From a virus, in the IMG/VR virus record IMGVR_UViG_3300045988_183178: a DNA stretch of 64,000 nt; one strand, written 5' to 3'. Below are positions 1-10,021 of the stretch, in pieces (positions within the stretch are counted from its first letter, which is position 1; each line of letters starts with the position of its first letter). The position numbers were made by a program, and so were the translations under genes. The notes under the pieces were generated by a model. It was not told where the DNA came from, made no database searches, and saw only the letters and a program-made list of their open reading frames with translations.

Positions 1-110
1 ACATCTATCAGAGCATTCAATTTTTTCTAATGCCATGATCTCCTGTATAAGTTCTTCTTTTGATTTTTTGCTATAATCTGTTACTATTTTGTTGTAAATG
101 AACTTTTTCA
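1..110 (-). CDS. hypothetical protein, N-terminal part only (start at 110, runs off the window)
   Basis: ATG at 108-110 on the minus strand is preceded by AAAGGAG. The conserved promoter motif lies about 38 nt upstream. The ORF continues to the window edge. Confidence 0.5.
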
Positions 111-237
111 TATCTTTGTCTCCTTTAAATAAATTATTTAATGAAAATATGACAGAAAAATAAAATTAATAAATTAACATATATATCAAAAAAAGCTCCT
201 ATGAATTCACATAGAAGCTTTTTAATAATTTGTTTAC

Positions 238-807
238 CTATTCCTTAGTTTCTTTTACACTTAATGTTCCAGGTTCTATTGCATGGAAATATAATGCAGG
301 ACAATAATCATTATCAATTGATAATTCAAAGCACTTATCCTGTTCATTATATATAATCTGTCCTTCTAAAGTAGCTAATCCAGATTTTCGTATATTATCC
401 GGTTTAAATCTCCAATCTGCTGCATTTACATCAAATGTACAGAAATCTCCTTCATGTAATGGCTTTCCACAATCATCATAACCTATGATTATTTTAGATT
501 CTTTTATATCTTTACTACCATTAATCTTTTCAATTTCTTTTAAAGCATCCCATACAGAACTTATCATTACTGATTCATCTAAATCATCACCATCATGTTT
601 TAAATGCTTACATATTATTTTGCCCTGCTCTTTTCTTGTTAATTTCTTTACAGGTTCAGGAATAATTGAAAATTTTATTATCTCAATTGCATCATCTATG
701 GCTTCCTGATAATGTACTAAATCTTCATCATCTAAAGATATCTGATGTTTAGCATTTTCTAATTTATCTATAATGTCTGATTTTATTCTAACACTCTTAT
801 TCTCCAT
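238..807 (-). CDS. hypothetical protein (189 aa; start moved to MENKSV)
   Basis: Long minus-strand ORF. The internal ATG at 805-807 is preceded by AAAGGAG at 9 nt spacing. The upstream ATG of the track ORF lacks a Shine-Dalgarno site. Confidence 0.65.
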   Translation of the reverse strand: MENKSVRIKSDIIDKLENAKHQISLDDEDLVHYQEAIDDAIEIIKFSIIPEPVKKLTRKEQGKIICKHLKHDGDDLDESVMISSVWDALKEIEKINGSKDIKESKIIIGYDDCGKPLHEGDFCTFDVNAADWRFKPDNIRKSGLATLEGQIIYNEQDKCFELSIDNDYCPALYFHAIEPGTLSVKETKE

Positions 808-1074
808 AAAACTATATCTCCTTTTACCTTTCTTCATTCAAATCAATACTCTGATTATTTGAATTATCTGCATTTGATTTTATATATTCAGGCTCTTTAT
901 TTTCTCCTATTAAATCAAGACAATTATTTAAAATCTCAAGTGTATTAATATTTGTATCATAAAAATTCTGAATATTGACCTGTTTAATTTTTGAATAAAT
1001 ATGCCCTATAATTTCATTTTTATGGACTCTGTTATAATCTTCTTTATCAGGGATTCTTATGCTTTTGCTTCTGC

Positions 1075-1251
1075 TCTATATATCTCTGTTTCCCATCTGT
1101 CTGCCATATTTATCAAACTGATAGTCTGTATATATATCTAACTTTATTCTTCCGGTTGGAGTAATTTTTATTACTGTTCCTATTTTATCTTCTGTTGGAA
1201 GTCCATTAGTTATAAGTACTTTATCTCCTATTTTAAGTTTTAATTCATTCA
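1075..1251 (-). CDS. small hypothetical protein (58 aa, KOW-like N-terminus IGDKVLI), terminated by an in-frame TAG that is followed by about 77 more open codons
   Basis: ATG at 1249-1251 is preceded by GAAGGAATAAAAT. Protein reads MNELKLKIGDKVLITNG... The same frame stays open after the TAG down to a TAA that overlaps the next gene's ribosome-binding site. Confidence 0.45.
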
Positions 1252-1327
1252 TAATATTTTATTCCTTCTGTTTTGTTTTTTGTTTAGAAGGCTCTAACTG
1301 TTATTTTTTCCAGCTAAAGCCTTATTT

Positions 1328-3004
1328 TTAATCTAAATCTATAACAGGTTCATCTTCCTGTTTATTATCTTGTTTATTCTTATCTATTAAATCAGAAAAA
1401 TTATAGCAATGCTCTATGCAATGAACGCTATTTATATTATTAAAATTATGATTTGCTTTAAGCCTAACAGAAATTCTGTCAATATAGAAATATGGAAATC
1501 TTGAATTATAATGTATATAAACAGGTGCTTTTACATTATTTTGTAGCTGGGATAAAAGTATATCAAGTTCTTCCTGTGAATTTATCTTAATTGCGATATC
1601 ACCATTACAAAAGTTTTTAATATAGGAGTTTGTAATTAACTTATTTATATCCTCTGGTTTAAGATTTATCAAAGTATCAAGTTTAAATGCATCCCCATCA
1701 ACATCTGCTGTAAGATAAGCTTCTCCTGATGCCGGATTCAATTTCTTATATGGAAATATTATTTTTAAACCTACTTCCTTTGCAGCTTCAACAGTTTCTT
1801 TTTCATAAGCTTCTGTTATATAAGGGTTATCCTTTGGAAGTCTGAAATATAATATTGATGTCATGTCCTCATCACATTCTTCTCCAGCCTCAAGTTTATG
1901 CTCTATATCTTCTCTTCCAATATATTCAGCCTGTGATAACAGGGCTTTTGTATTATGTTTTTCATTATTTGAAGGTATATCCAATTCTATATTCTTTTCT
2001 CCTATTTTATAATATTCATTTGGAAGGTCTTTTATAATAAAACAACCGCCTCTTCTATCCTTGCCGTTGTCTTTCTTAAATTGTTGAATTTCTTCTATTA
2101 AGTTATTGAGACTTATTGCAGAATATTTAACTTCGTTTGTATATCCAGTTTCATATTTTTTTATAAAAAGGTTATCGTTATCTGTCTTATAAATTTCTGC
2201 TGTATCACTCCATATTTGGTCGCCATCATTAAACTCATAACCATATTCAGCTATTTTTTTATCCTTAAAACACATTGATTCATATTTACTTTGTTCAAGT
2301 ATTATTGAAAAATCTGTATAAAGCATAAACCGAAGCTCAAATGGAATTGCCATAAAATTGCCGCAAGCTATATCATTACTTTTAAACCAGTAAGGATTAT
2401 TTGAATTATATTCAGGAATAATCCCAGTATAAGGGAATCTAGCTATATTATAGGCTAATATATCTCTTTCTTTCTCATTATCTATTACAAAGACAGTTTT
2501 TCCATTCATATATTTTGACATAATATTATCTGGTATTCTTATTTCACCACTGTCATATTTCTTCTTTAAATCCTGATTGTTAAGTATATTCATATAAGGA
2601 GTCTCTTTATTATTGTTCCTCTCTACTGTTTCATAATTAACATCTTCATATTCTGTACTATATGTAAACTCTGCTCCCCTACTATGAAGCTTAAACATAT
2701 CTTCCCATATTGGCTCTCTTGGTGTACCTGCTTCATATGAATATATCTTTTCATTTATCGTAAATTCATAAGGTTTGGCTAATACTAAATCTCCATCTTT
2801 ATTTTCAACAAATAACACATCCTCAAGTGCATCATAAGCTTTTTCAACTTCGATATCAGTCTGTAGCTGCTTGAATACGCTCTCGTATTTGTTTGTGGTA
2901 AAATCCGGATAAGTTACCTTGTCTTCCAAGGTCTTCTCTTCATTTATTATGTGGCCGCTATGTGTTTTTAAAAAATCTTCAATTCTCTGAGTATCAATTA
3001 ACAT
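1328..3004 (-). CDS. hypothetical protein (558 aa); paralog of the next gene
   Basis: Long ORF with RBS AAGGAGAG. Its N-terminal about 120 aa align with ORF 3049..4005 (MLIDTQRIEDFLK.. versus MIIDTERLDNFIK..). Confidence 0.8.
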   Translation of the reverse strand: MLIDTQRIEDFLKTHSGHIINEEKTLEDKVTYPDFTTNKYESVFKQLQTDIEVEKAYDALEDVLFVENKDGDLVLAKPYEFTINEKIYSYEAGTPREPIWEDMFKLHSRGAEFTYSTEYEDVNYETVERNNNKETPYMNILNNQDLKKKYDSGEIRIPDNIMSKYMNGKTVFVIDNEKERDILAYNIARFPYTGIIPEYNSNNPYWFKSNDIACGNFMAIPFELRFMLYTDFSIILEQSKYESMCFKDKKIAEYGYEFNDGDQIWSDTAEIYKTDNDNLFIKKYETGYTNEVKYSAISLNNLIEEIQQFKKDNGKDRRGGCFIIKDLPNEYYKIGEKNIELDIPSNNEKHNTKALLSQAEYIGREDIEHKLEAGEECDEDMTSILYFRLPKDNPYITEAYEKETVEAAKEVGLKIIFPYKKLNPASGEAYLTADVDGDAFKLDTLINLKPEDINKLITNSYIKNFCNGDIAIKINSQEELDILLSQLQNNVKAPVYIHYNSRFPYFYIDRISVRLKANHNFNNINSVHCIEHCYNFSDLIDKNKQDNKQEDEPVIDLD

Positions 3005-3048
3005 AATTTTTCTCTCCTTATCATTTTTATGTATTGGCTTTTTATCTG

Positions 3049-4005
3049 TTATATATATTGTTTGTCTTCAGCTATTTTCCGAATATTATCCCAATCATTA
3101 AATTCTACAGACTGTTTTATGTTATCTATTTCAGCAATATCTTCCATATACTGTTTATCATCAACTTTATTCACCGTATTAATACAATAAAATGGATATT
3201 CTTTGTGATAAAAAGGATAATCTTTAAGAATGATTGTAAATTTACCTGAACCATATAATGTCAAAAATAACATATACTGTTCCAGTTTACTATTAACCTG
3301 AATAGCAATTTCTTTATTTATAAACATATCTATAATGGCATCCGGTATTTTTTTAATTTGAGAAATTTCGTATATTTCTTCTAAATTAAGTTCTAATTTA
3401 TCATCTAAATCAGGCTCCAATATTGCTGTTGAGTATCTTACAAGATTGTTACTACCATTGTCTGCTAGATAATAAGTATATTCAGGCTTATACGATAAAG
3501 ATATTAATTTTATATCGTTTTTAAAATTCTCCAAAAATATCTGATGCTCACGTTCATTATTTATCCTAATTATAATTTTAGAATCTAAAAATAAATCCTT
3601 TATGATATCTGGAATCTTAAGCTTTGACTTTTCACTATCGTCATATATAAGATGTTCAGCCAGCTTGCTTCCACCACTATATTTATCAAACATATCAGCC
3701 CATATTTCATACTGTGATGTTCCTGCTTTATACTCCTGCCAATCATTAGTAAGTATTAATTCGGTATCTCCAGAATGTTCTGTATCTTTAAAGTATTCAT
3801 ATGCCTTTAAAAAAGATGCATTACTCAATTCGTTCCATTTTTCTTCTAATTCCATATCTTTTTTTAACTGCTCATATACACTTTCCCATTTACCTGTTTT
3901 GTAATTAACATATATAAGTGCATCTTCAAAGTTTTTCGCTTTAGAATCTATCTGACATTTATGGGCTTTAATAAAATTATCCAGTCTTTCTGTATCAATT
4001 ATCAT
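3049..4005 (-). CDS. hypothetical protein (318 aa); tandem paralog of 1328..3004
   Basis: ORF with RBS AAAGGAGATAAAAC before the ATG. Shares the N-terminal domain with the upstream gene. Confidence 0.8.
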   Translation of the reverse strand: MIIDTERLDNFIKAHKCQIDSKAKNFEDALIYVNYKTGKWESVYEQLKKDMELEEKWNELSNASFLKAYEYFKDTEHSGDTELILTNDWQEYKAGTSQYEIWADMFDKYSGGSKLAEHLIYDDSEKSKLKIPDIIKDLFLDSKIIIRINNEREHQIFLENFKNDIKLISLSYKPEYTYYLADNGSNNLVRYSTAILEPDLDDKLELNLEEIYEISQIKKIPDAIIDMFINKEIAIQVNSKLEQYMLFLTLYGSGKFTIILKDYPFYHKEYPFYCINTVNKVDDKQYMEDIAEIDNIKQSVEFNDWDNIRKIAEDKQYI

Positions 4006-4717
4006 GTTTTATCTCCTTTTCATTATCCTTTTTAACTGATATACTTTTTTCTTTAGATAGCTTATTAAGATCTCTTATATCTATTTCTAAGCTTTTTAAA
4101 TTATCCAAAAATTCTGTTATATATCTTACTTCTACAGTATCACTGCTAAGAACAGTCTTAGGATCTTCCAGTGTTATGTTGCCGTAATTTCTTGCAAATT
4201 CAAATGCTGCATCTATATCTGAATATTTTAATTCCTTTAAATGTGCTATATATTTACAGATATTTGTGAAATTATCTCTTATGACCTTTTTATATTCATT
4301 GTTCGTAAGATTAAGTACTGGCTTTTTATATGTAACTTCTACATTTTTTACAAAGCTGTTCTTCTTTAAAATTTCAGTGATTTCTTCAATATCACTATCT
4401 TTCATATATCCTGTAAATTCTGCCGGATGCATATATACATTAAATAATGCTTCGGGATTAAGACATATATTATTTCTTAAACTGTCTTTACTTACAAGTC
4501 TTAATTCATCACAGACACCATAAGTTCTTGAAAAATCAACCAGATATCCGGCTATTGCAAGTTCTGGATATAACTCTCTTTCAAATGCAGTTTTATCAAT
4601 CAGATATCCTGTGCCATAAGCATATACACCTTCGATGCCTATTCTTACCTTTTTGTATTCACTGTATAAGCATTCTGGGTCAATGTTGCTAAAGTTCCAT
4701 GTAAATTTCTCTGCCAT
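3995..4717 (-). CDS. hypothetical protein (240 aa; start at MAEKF)
   Basis: The internal ATG at 4715-4717 is preceded by AAAGGAGAAAAT. The track ORF's 5' extension actually covers the promoter motif and terminator hairpin. Confidence 0.75.
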   Translation of the reverse strand: MAEKFTWNFSNIDPECLYSEYKKVRIGIEGVYAYGTGYLIDKTAFERELYPELAIAGYLVDFSRTYGVCDELRLVSKDSLRNNICLNPEALFNVYMHPAEFTGYMKDSDIEEITEILKKNSFVKNVEVTYKKPVLNLTNNEYKKVIRDNFTNICKYIAHLKELKYSDIDAAFEFARNYGNITLEDPKTVLSSDTVEVRYITEFLDNLKSLEIDIRDLNKLSKEKSISVKKDNEKEIKHDN

Positions 4718-4753
4718 ATATATTTTCTCCTTTATAAAATGATTTGAAATAAA

Positions 4754-4766
4754 TATGACAGAAAAA
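4754..4766 (-). promoter_or_regulatory. conserved promoter-like motif (gene strand TTTTTCTGTCATAT), 37 nt upstream of the ATG at 4717 and fused to a terminator T-run
   Basis: About 34 copies of TATGACAGAAAAA (plus-strand reading) in the window, each 36-39 nt upstream of a minus-strand start codon. Confidence 0.6.
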
Positions 4767-4770
4767 AAAA

Positions 4771-4796
4771 GCACCGGTTACATTTGTAACCGGTGC
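4771..4796 (-). terminator. intrinsic terminator hairpin (GCACCGGTTACA/TGTAACCGGTGC) plus T-run on the minus strand
   Basis: Perfect 12 bp stem followed by TTTTTTTTT on the gene strand. Confidence 0.7.
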
Positions 4797-4866
4797 CCAT
4801 TGAACATATTATAAATTTAAAACTTTATGATTTTATTTACATTATTATATTTTCAAGCATTAACCT

Positions 4867-5247
4867 TTAATATAAGTTATGTATATTTCTTGTTAAATCT
4901 AATGTCGTAATTGGAGCTATACAAGCCATTTTTTTAAAATCCTTTACTGGGCAATCTCTATCTGCTGCCAGCTTTTCCCATGCGTCATCTAAATCATTTG
5001 CAATTATTAATCCTCCATTACAACCGCCTGCAACATCAAACAAAAAGATGTTTTCAAGTTTTATAGACGGCTTATTATCTTTTATAAGTTCAGCGTATTC
5101 ACAATGAGTTAAAATATTTTCTTTATTGTATTCAAGATCTTCTGCTGTATCACAACATATTGTTCCGCCTAAACTTTGCTGTGCGTCCATATCTGCCACA
5201 CATTTATCACAATAGGCAAATTTGCTATTACATTTAATCATATGCAT
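4867..5247 (-). CDS. Cys-rich hypothetical protein
   Basis: ORF with RBS AGAAAGGA. Contains 11 cysteines (CDKC, CC, GGCNGG). Confidence 0.7.
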   Translation of the reverse strand: MHMIKCNSKFAYCDKCVADMDAQQSLGGTICCDTAEDLEYNKENILTHCEYAELIKDNKPSIKLENIFLFDVAGGCNGGLIIANDLDDAWEKLAADRDCPVKDFKKMACIAPITTLDLTRNIHNLY

Positions 5248-5570
5248 ATGTCCTTTCTCTTAAATTCCCCGGCTATATATAATTTAGCAAGATTATGTCC
5301 TTCTTTTAATAATCTTGCTGTAAATTCAGTTATGTTTTTAAATTCGCCTGATGAATCTCTTATATAGATTTCAGGTCTGTTAAGTTCATTATCCCAAGCA
5401 TATGTATTATCAAAGGCAAAAATTGAATTGGTATAAATAACTGAATCCGGTACTTTTTCTTTAATAGCATCCAGCCAATATATATTAGCCATTACTCCTT
5501 CAGCGGCATCTACATGATAATCACAAAATGGTGGGTTATCTAATCTTCCATCTTCAAAATATATTTTCAT
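5238..5570 (-). CDS. hypothetical protein
   Basis: ORF with RBS AAGGAG. Confidence 0.7.
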   Translation of the reverse strand: MKIYFEDGRLDNPPFCDYHVDAAEGVMANIYWLDAIKEKVPDSVIYTNSIFAFDNTYAWDNELNRPEIYIRDSSGEFKNITEFTARLLKEGHNLAKLYIAGEFKRKDICI

Positions 5571-5581
5571 AATCTATCTCC

Positions 5582-5791
5582 TTATGACATATAATAGCCA
5601 TTCTTCTTTACTTTCTCAAATTCACTCTTCCAGAACATCTTCTTTGTTCTTTCAGTAACACCATAACATACATAAGTTAAGTCTACTTCAAATAATGTCT
5701 CTTTAGGTTCATAGCCACAATGCTTCATAAAGTCTTCTGTAACATCTGTAACTGAATGTATTTTTTTTATATGGCTTTCTAACAAATTCAT
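5582..5791 (-). CDS. hypothetical protein
   Basis: ORF with RBS AAAGGAG. Confidence 0.65.
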   Translation of the reverse strand: MNLLESHIKKIHSVTDVTEDFMKHCGYEPKETLFEVDLTYVCYGVTERTKKMFWKSEFEKVKKNGYYMS

Positions 5792-5826
5792 GTTAATCTC
5801 CTTTCTTGTCTTGAAACTTAGATTTT

Positions 5827-6153
5827 TTAGCCATTAAATAAGTAATCTCTTGCATATTCATCACCAAATTTGTTATACATCCATTTTCTATAATCTGGTG
5901 TGCAATCACCTGAATGATGAAATTCTTTCACATTATAATCTGTAATTTCATAATCATCATCAATGATAAGAGTTGCATTTGCGTCTTCCTTTAATCTATC
6001 TTTTTCAAATTCAGGAATCTCTACATATCCCTCAAGCCCAATAGAATATTCATCTCTTGTAATATTTAGTTCATTGATTTTTCCATCTGAATCAATAAAT
6101 GAGCCATATACTTCTCTTAATTCTTCATCAGTTAATCTATTTGCATATTTCAT
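5827..6153 (-). CDS. hypothetical acidic protein
   Basis: ORF with RBS AAAAGGAG. Confidence 0.7.
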   Translation of the reverse strand: MKYANRLTDEELREVYGSFIDSDGKINELNITRDEYSIGLEGYVEIPEFEKDRLKEDANATLIIDDDYEITDYNVKEFHHSGDCTPDYRKWMYNKFGDEYARDYLFNG

Positions 6154-6235
6154 AAAATAACTCCTTTTAATTCCACAAGAAAACTTGATTTTTCAGATGA
6201 TGTACATATAGGATTTTTACCACACAATTCATTTT

Positions 6236-6427
6236 CTAACATATTTCAGGTTCATATTTACATTCTAGTTCTCTGCCCCCCGGAGTCAGATGCTTTATCC
6301 TGTTTATATCCTTATGTATACCTATAACAAAATAGCTGTTTATTACGCATAGATAATCAATGTCGTTATAGCTATTATTCCTTGGAATAGCTACACAATT
6401 TTTACAATTAGCACAGCATTTTACCAT
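6236..6427 (-). CDS. small Cys-rich zinc-finger-like protein (start at MVKCC)
   Basis: ATG at 6425-6427 after GGTGGA. CCANCKNC .. C .. C pattern. Confidence 0.55.
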   Translation of the reverse strand: MVKCCANCKNCVAIPRNNSYNDIDYLCVINSYFVIGIHKDINRIKHLTPGGRELECKYEPEIC

Positions 6428-6653
6428 TTCATCCACCTGCCTATAAGTCAAGATAGTTTTCTAACTTTTCCAATGTATCAAATCTGCCAATCCAGTCAAC
6501 GTCACATATACAATGCTTACCGTCTGAATCCTTAAAGTATGTTAAATCCATCTGCTCTGCCTTATGTTCTATTTTTATCAATCTATCATTAATGCTTGCA
6601 TTATCCATATTAACTCCTTTAATCAGGCTTTATAATTAAACCTTTGACAATTT

Positions 6654-6968
6654 TTATCTGTCATAATCACAATCATAATCATAGTTTTCTTTTGATGCAA
6701 CATCTTTGTCAACCACATATAAATAGTTTCCTTCATCTACGACAGTCAGGTATTCATTATCTCCTTCATCAAAGTTTCCATTCTCATCTAAATAAGCTTG
6801 GTCTGTTCCAAAATATCGTCTGCCGGTAGGATTGGTTTCAGTAGCGTATTCACTATCATCTTCTATTTCATTAATTACTAATTTATGGTAAGAAGTTCCC
6901 CCTGAATACTCATCTAAACATACAACTTTGTCTCCAACCTTTAAATCTAAAAATTTTTTAAATGCCAT
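6654..6968 (-). CDS. hypothetical acidic protein
   Basis: ORF with RBS AAAGGAG. Confidence 0.7.
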   Translation of the reverse strand: MAFKKFLDLKVGDKVVCLDEYSGGTSYHKLVINEIEDDSEYATETNPTGRRYFGTDQAYLDENGNFDEGDNEYLTVVDEGNYLYVVDKDVASKENYDYDCDYDR

Positions 6969-6992
6969 AATAAACTCCTTTATTTTTATATA

Positions 6993-7556
6993 TTATTCCT
7001 TAGCCAGATTCTTATAGAATCCAACTGTCATAAGTTCTTCTCTTAGCTCATCATACATTTTATGTAATCTGGGATTTACATAAGACATCCAGAGCTTCCT
7101 ATCATCTTTAGCCATAGCGGTTCTGACCATTGTAGCAGAGATAGGCATATCATAACGGTTCATAATAAGCTCTGCTGTATTAGCAAGGTCTTTCTTATCA
7201 AACCAATTGCTTCGGGATTCATCATTTCCATAAATCATTATTTCAGGATTCTTATGAATGTATCTGTCAGTATTATTAAGTAAGTATCTGCCCCATTCCG
7301 GGCGGATATCATTTTCATCTGTTAAATCAGCTAAACCATAAATCATCACTTCCGGTCTATCGCCATATATCTCTTTAAGAATCTTAGTTCTTGTATTAAT
7401 ATTAAAAGGATTTCGCTCTGTGCCACATTCCTGTGCAGAACCTATCAATATCAATAACCGGTCACACAACAATAATCCTGTATCTACAAGGCGTTCATGC
7501 CCTTTATGAAATGTCTGAAATCGTCCACATATTAAACCTGTATCATAAACTTTCAT
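6993..7556 (-). CDS. nadM: nicotinamide-nucleotide adenylyltransferase (NMNAT, NadM/NadR-type cytidylyltransferase fold)
   Basis: GRFQTFHKGH (HxGH nucleotidyltransferase motif) near the N-terminus and ISATMVRTAM (ISSTxxR motif) near the C-terminus. The ATG at 7554-7556 is preceded by AAAGGAG. Confidence 0.8.
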   Translation of the reverse strand: MKVYDTGLICGRFQTFHKGHERLVDTGLLLCDRLLILIGSAQECGTERNPFNINTRTKILKEIYGDRPEVMIYGLADLTDENDIRPEWGRYLLNNTDRYIHKNPEIMIYGNDESRSNWFDKKDLANTAELIMNRYDMPISATMVRTAMAKDDRKLWMSYVNPRLHKMYDELREELMTVGFYKNLAKE

Positions 7557-7570
7557 ATTCTTCTCCTTTT

Positions 7571-7753
7571 TTAATTTTCGTGTGTTATTTTTCTCCATGC
7601 TCGAATCTCTTTACTTGGAAAATGCTTCCATTCAAGACCGCCATGTTTGTTTTCAACAATCATATCTCTAAATATCATATCATCACTCGCAAGTATCTCT
7701 ACTTCTTCATTTACATTGGGAAGCTCATATTCGGGCTTTTTCCATTTATTCAT
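7571..7753 (-). CDS. small hypothetical protein (start at MNKWKK)
   Basis: ATG at 7753 after GAGGAGAAGCAT. Confidence 0.5.
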   Translation of the reverse strand: MNKWKKPEYELPNVNEEVEILASDDMIFRDMIVENKHGGLEWKHFPSKEIRAWRKITHEN

Positions 7754-7791
7754 ATGCTTCTCCTCACTTTTCCAGTAAATCATTACTTCAT

Positions 7792-7983
7792 TTACTCATC
7801 AAGAACACCTATCATAGATGGTATCTGACACACTTTTAGTTCACCATCAAATAATTCTCTATGTTCTCTTGATTCAAAATATCTTTTTGCTTTATTATAA
7901 GCATCTCTTTTTGAATCTGCTTTTACTTCAATCATTCTATCGTAGAATATTGCTATATAATTTCCATCTTTAATTCTTACCAT
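7792..7983 (-). CDS. small hypothetical protein
   Basis: RBS AAGGAGAG. Confidence 0.6.
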   Translation of the reverse strand: MVRIKDGNYIAIFYDRMIEVKADSKRDAYNKAKRYFESREHRELFDGELKVCQIPSMIGVLDE

Positions 7984-8022
7984 AATACATCTCTCCTTAT
8001 AACAAATCCTGAGTATTGTAAA

Positions 8023-8463
8023 TCATCGTTTCATTGTTTCATCAAATTCAACATTATATTTTTCAGAAATAGATTTTGTAAGTTTCATACTTGTAATAAT
8101 ATTTTCAAACCCATACTCCTCATACAATGCTGTTAATTCATCGAAAAGTAAAGTTCTATCGCTATATTTAAGTTTTCGGAAAGCTACCTCTTCAATTAAG
8201 TCTCCATTTTTATCTACTTTATCAAGATATATTTCTATATCAGTTGTAGAAGAAAAACAACCTTTGTATTTTTGTATTTTTATTATGTTTGTTGTTTTGA
8301 TTTTCTGCTTTTCGATTAATTCTGATTTATACACTTTTTTATTTTCATTGAGAACATTTAAGAATTCTTTAGTTTCCACAATTTTACGATTTACATCATC
8401 TAAAAGATTTTTTAATCCATTAATTGTTGCTCCTTGTAATTCTTCTCTTTTAACTGATTCCAT
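8023..8463 (-). CDS. hypothetical protein (start at MESVK)
   Basis: ATG at 8463 after GGAGGAAAATATT. Confidence 0.7.
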   Translation of the reverse strand: MESVKREELQGATINGLKNLLDDVNRKIVETKEFLNVLNENKKVYKSELIEKQKIKTTNIIKIQKYKGCFSSTTDIEIYLDKVDKNGDLIEEVAFRKLKYSDRTLLFDELTALYEEYGFENIITSMKLTKSISEKYNVEFDETMKR

Positions 8464-8519
8464 AATATTTTCCTCCAATTCTTATAAAACTCTTGTTTAC
8501 TCATACATACCCTTTCTTA

Positions 8520-8984
8520 TCAGCCTGCTGTTACTTTTATCTTGCATCCATCCTTAAGCTTATATGTGTAAGTGCGGTTGCCCTTTAAATCAATACCTGT
8601 ATACTCAAGCATATCTTCACATGCTTTAAAGAACTGAATAGGAAGAAACATATACCCATATTTAATAATCTCAACTTCCTTATCAAACAGGCTTTCATAA
8701 TGTTCGTCATCATTAACCAGACTATCGTAAATGTCTCCATTATCAAAAATACTCTGGCTGAAAAATTTTCCTCCGGCTTCCTTACGCTCTCGTCTTTTAG
8801 CTTCAATATTCATTGTAATCTTTTCAATGACTTCTAAGGCTTCCATAAAATCATCAAGTTCGCCCTCATATAAACCTTCATCACTGATTTTTATGCCTTT
8901 ACTTATAAGGTATTCGCCCCATTCATCATACCATTCGTTATTACCAAAAATCTGTGTACCATTTACATTTGTTCTGTAACTCAT
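8520..8984 (-). CDS. hypothetical protein (start at MSYRT)
   Basis: ORF; the internal ATG is preceded by AGAGAGGA. Confidence 0.65.
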   Translation of the reverse strand: MSYRTNVNGTQIFGNNEWYDEWGEYLISKGIKISDEGLYEGELDDFMEALEVIEKITMNIEAKRRERKEAGGKFFSQSIFDNGDIYDSLVNDDEHYESLFDKEVEIIKYGYMFLPIQFFKACEDMLEYTGIDLKGNRTYTYKLKDGCKIKVTAG

Positions 8985-9077
8985 ATAGTTTTGTCCTCTC
9001 TTTACTTTTAATATCATTTAGATGTTCCATCTGAAAATTCAACAAGAATTTTGGTTGGATATTTTATATGTATAAAA

Positions 9078-9167
9078 TTATTCTATTTCTAAAATTTCCT
9101 TTAATAAAGCCGCCTTTCTGAGTTTTTCTATTAATTCTTTTACATTATTATTTTTCTTTGTTCCCAT
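9078..9167 (-). CDS. very small protein (29 aa)
   Basis: AAAGGAGG then ATG at 9165-9167. The promoter motif lies 36 nt upstream. Confidence 0.45.
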   Translation of the reverse strand: MGTKKNNNVKELIEKLRKAALLKEILEIE

Positions 9168-9631
9168 TTAATGGCCTCCTTTAAAAAATTATTTAATTTA
9201 TATATGACAGAAAAAAATTTATTTTGTTATAATATCAAACAATATAGACAAAACTCTGAAGTTTTAAGTTACAAACTTATGGTTTGTTGGGATAACCCAA
9301 TTTTTTGTGTCAAAAAAAATATTATATTTCCTATCATACATATGGTGGATTATATTTCTCGTTTTTATGAAAGGCCGGGCTTTAATATGAACATATAATC
9401 AAGCTATGCAGTTGAAGTTATGTACTGAGTATAAAGTATAAGTAAATATCCTAGACCAAAGCTTCGGAGTGTATCCAAATAAAAAATAAGGGATTAAATT
9501 AATCAATCCCTTATTTATCCCTTATTATTTAATTATCTAAAATTTACTTCGCAATTTTTTAAATTTTTGTTATTCTATGCGATTATATTTCCAATTACCA
9601 GTTACATCTGTTTTTCTAAACCAATTACTTT

Positions 9632-9964
9632 CTAATTTCCTTTGATATCCTTCCTAATAATAAATTTCTGATTTCTATGCTTTCTTTCCAAATATTTGTT
9701 GAATGTTTCAACATCCTCTTCTGATAAAAGACCTTTTAATCCACTACGGCATTTTACAATATTATGAAGACAAAAATTATCTACGTGACCATATTGGCAT
9801 AAATCTCTTGCCATCATCATGTCACTATAAAGCTGCATGAAAATATCATTATATTTCTTCTCTCCTAATTGAGCGTACAAAGCATTACAAATAATTACTA
9901 AATCGTCCGCAGTTAATTCAACCATTACTTCTCTTTTTTCCTTTGAGATAGTTTGAATATTCAT
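9632..9964 (-). CDS. hypothetical protein
   Basis: RBS AAAGGAATG. Confidence 0.7.
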   Translation of the reverse strand: MNIQTISKEKREVMVELTADDLVIICNALYAQLGEKKYNDIFMQLYSDMMMARDLCQYGHVDNFCLHNIVKCRSGLKGLLSEEDVETFNKYLERKHRNQKFIIRKDIKGN

Positions 9965-10021
9965 ATTTATTACATTCCTTTCTAAAGTTATTTAATTCTA
10001 TTACCATTTCTCTTGTTATCT

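Noticed and set aside
1075-1077. Genome-wide TAG stop-codon reassignment
   Set aside because: Only one in-frame TAG junction was seen. Large genes (helicase, RecA, RecJ, the 844 aa ORF) are uninterrupted in the standard code, and no suppressor tRNA is visible in this window.
9400-9520. tRNA genes in the long intergenic regions
   Set aside because: Scanning the ORF-free stretches (9018-9631, 20792-21325, 27803-29083, 59374-59858) showed no cloverleaf-compatible segment with a GTTCRANYC-type T-arm. The hairpins present are simple stem-loops.
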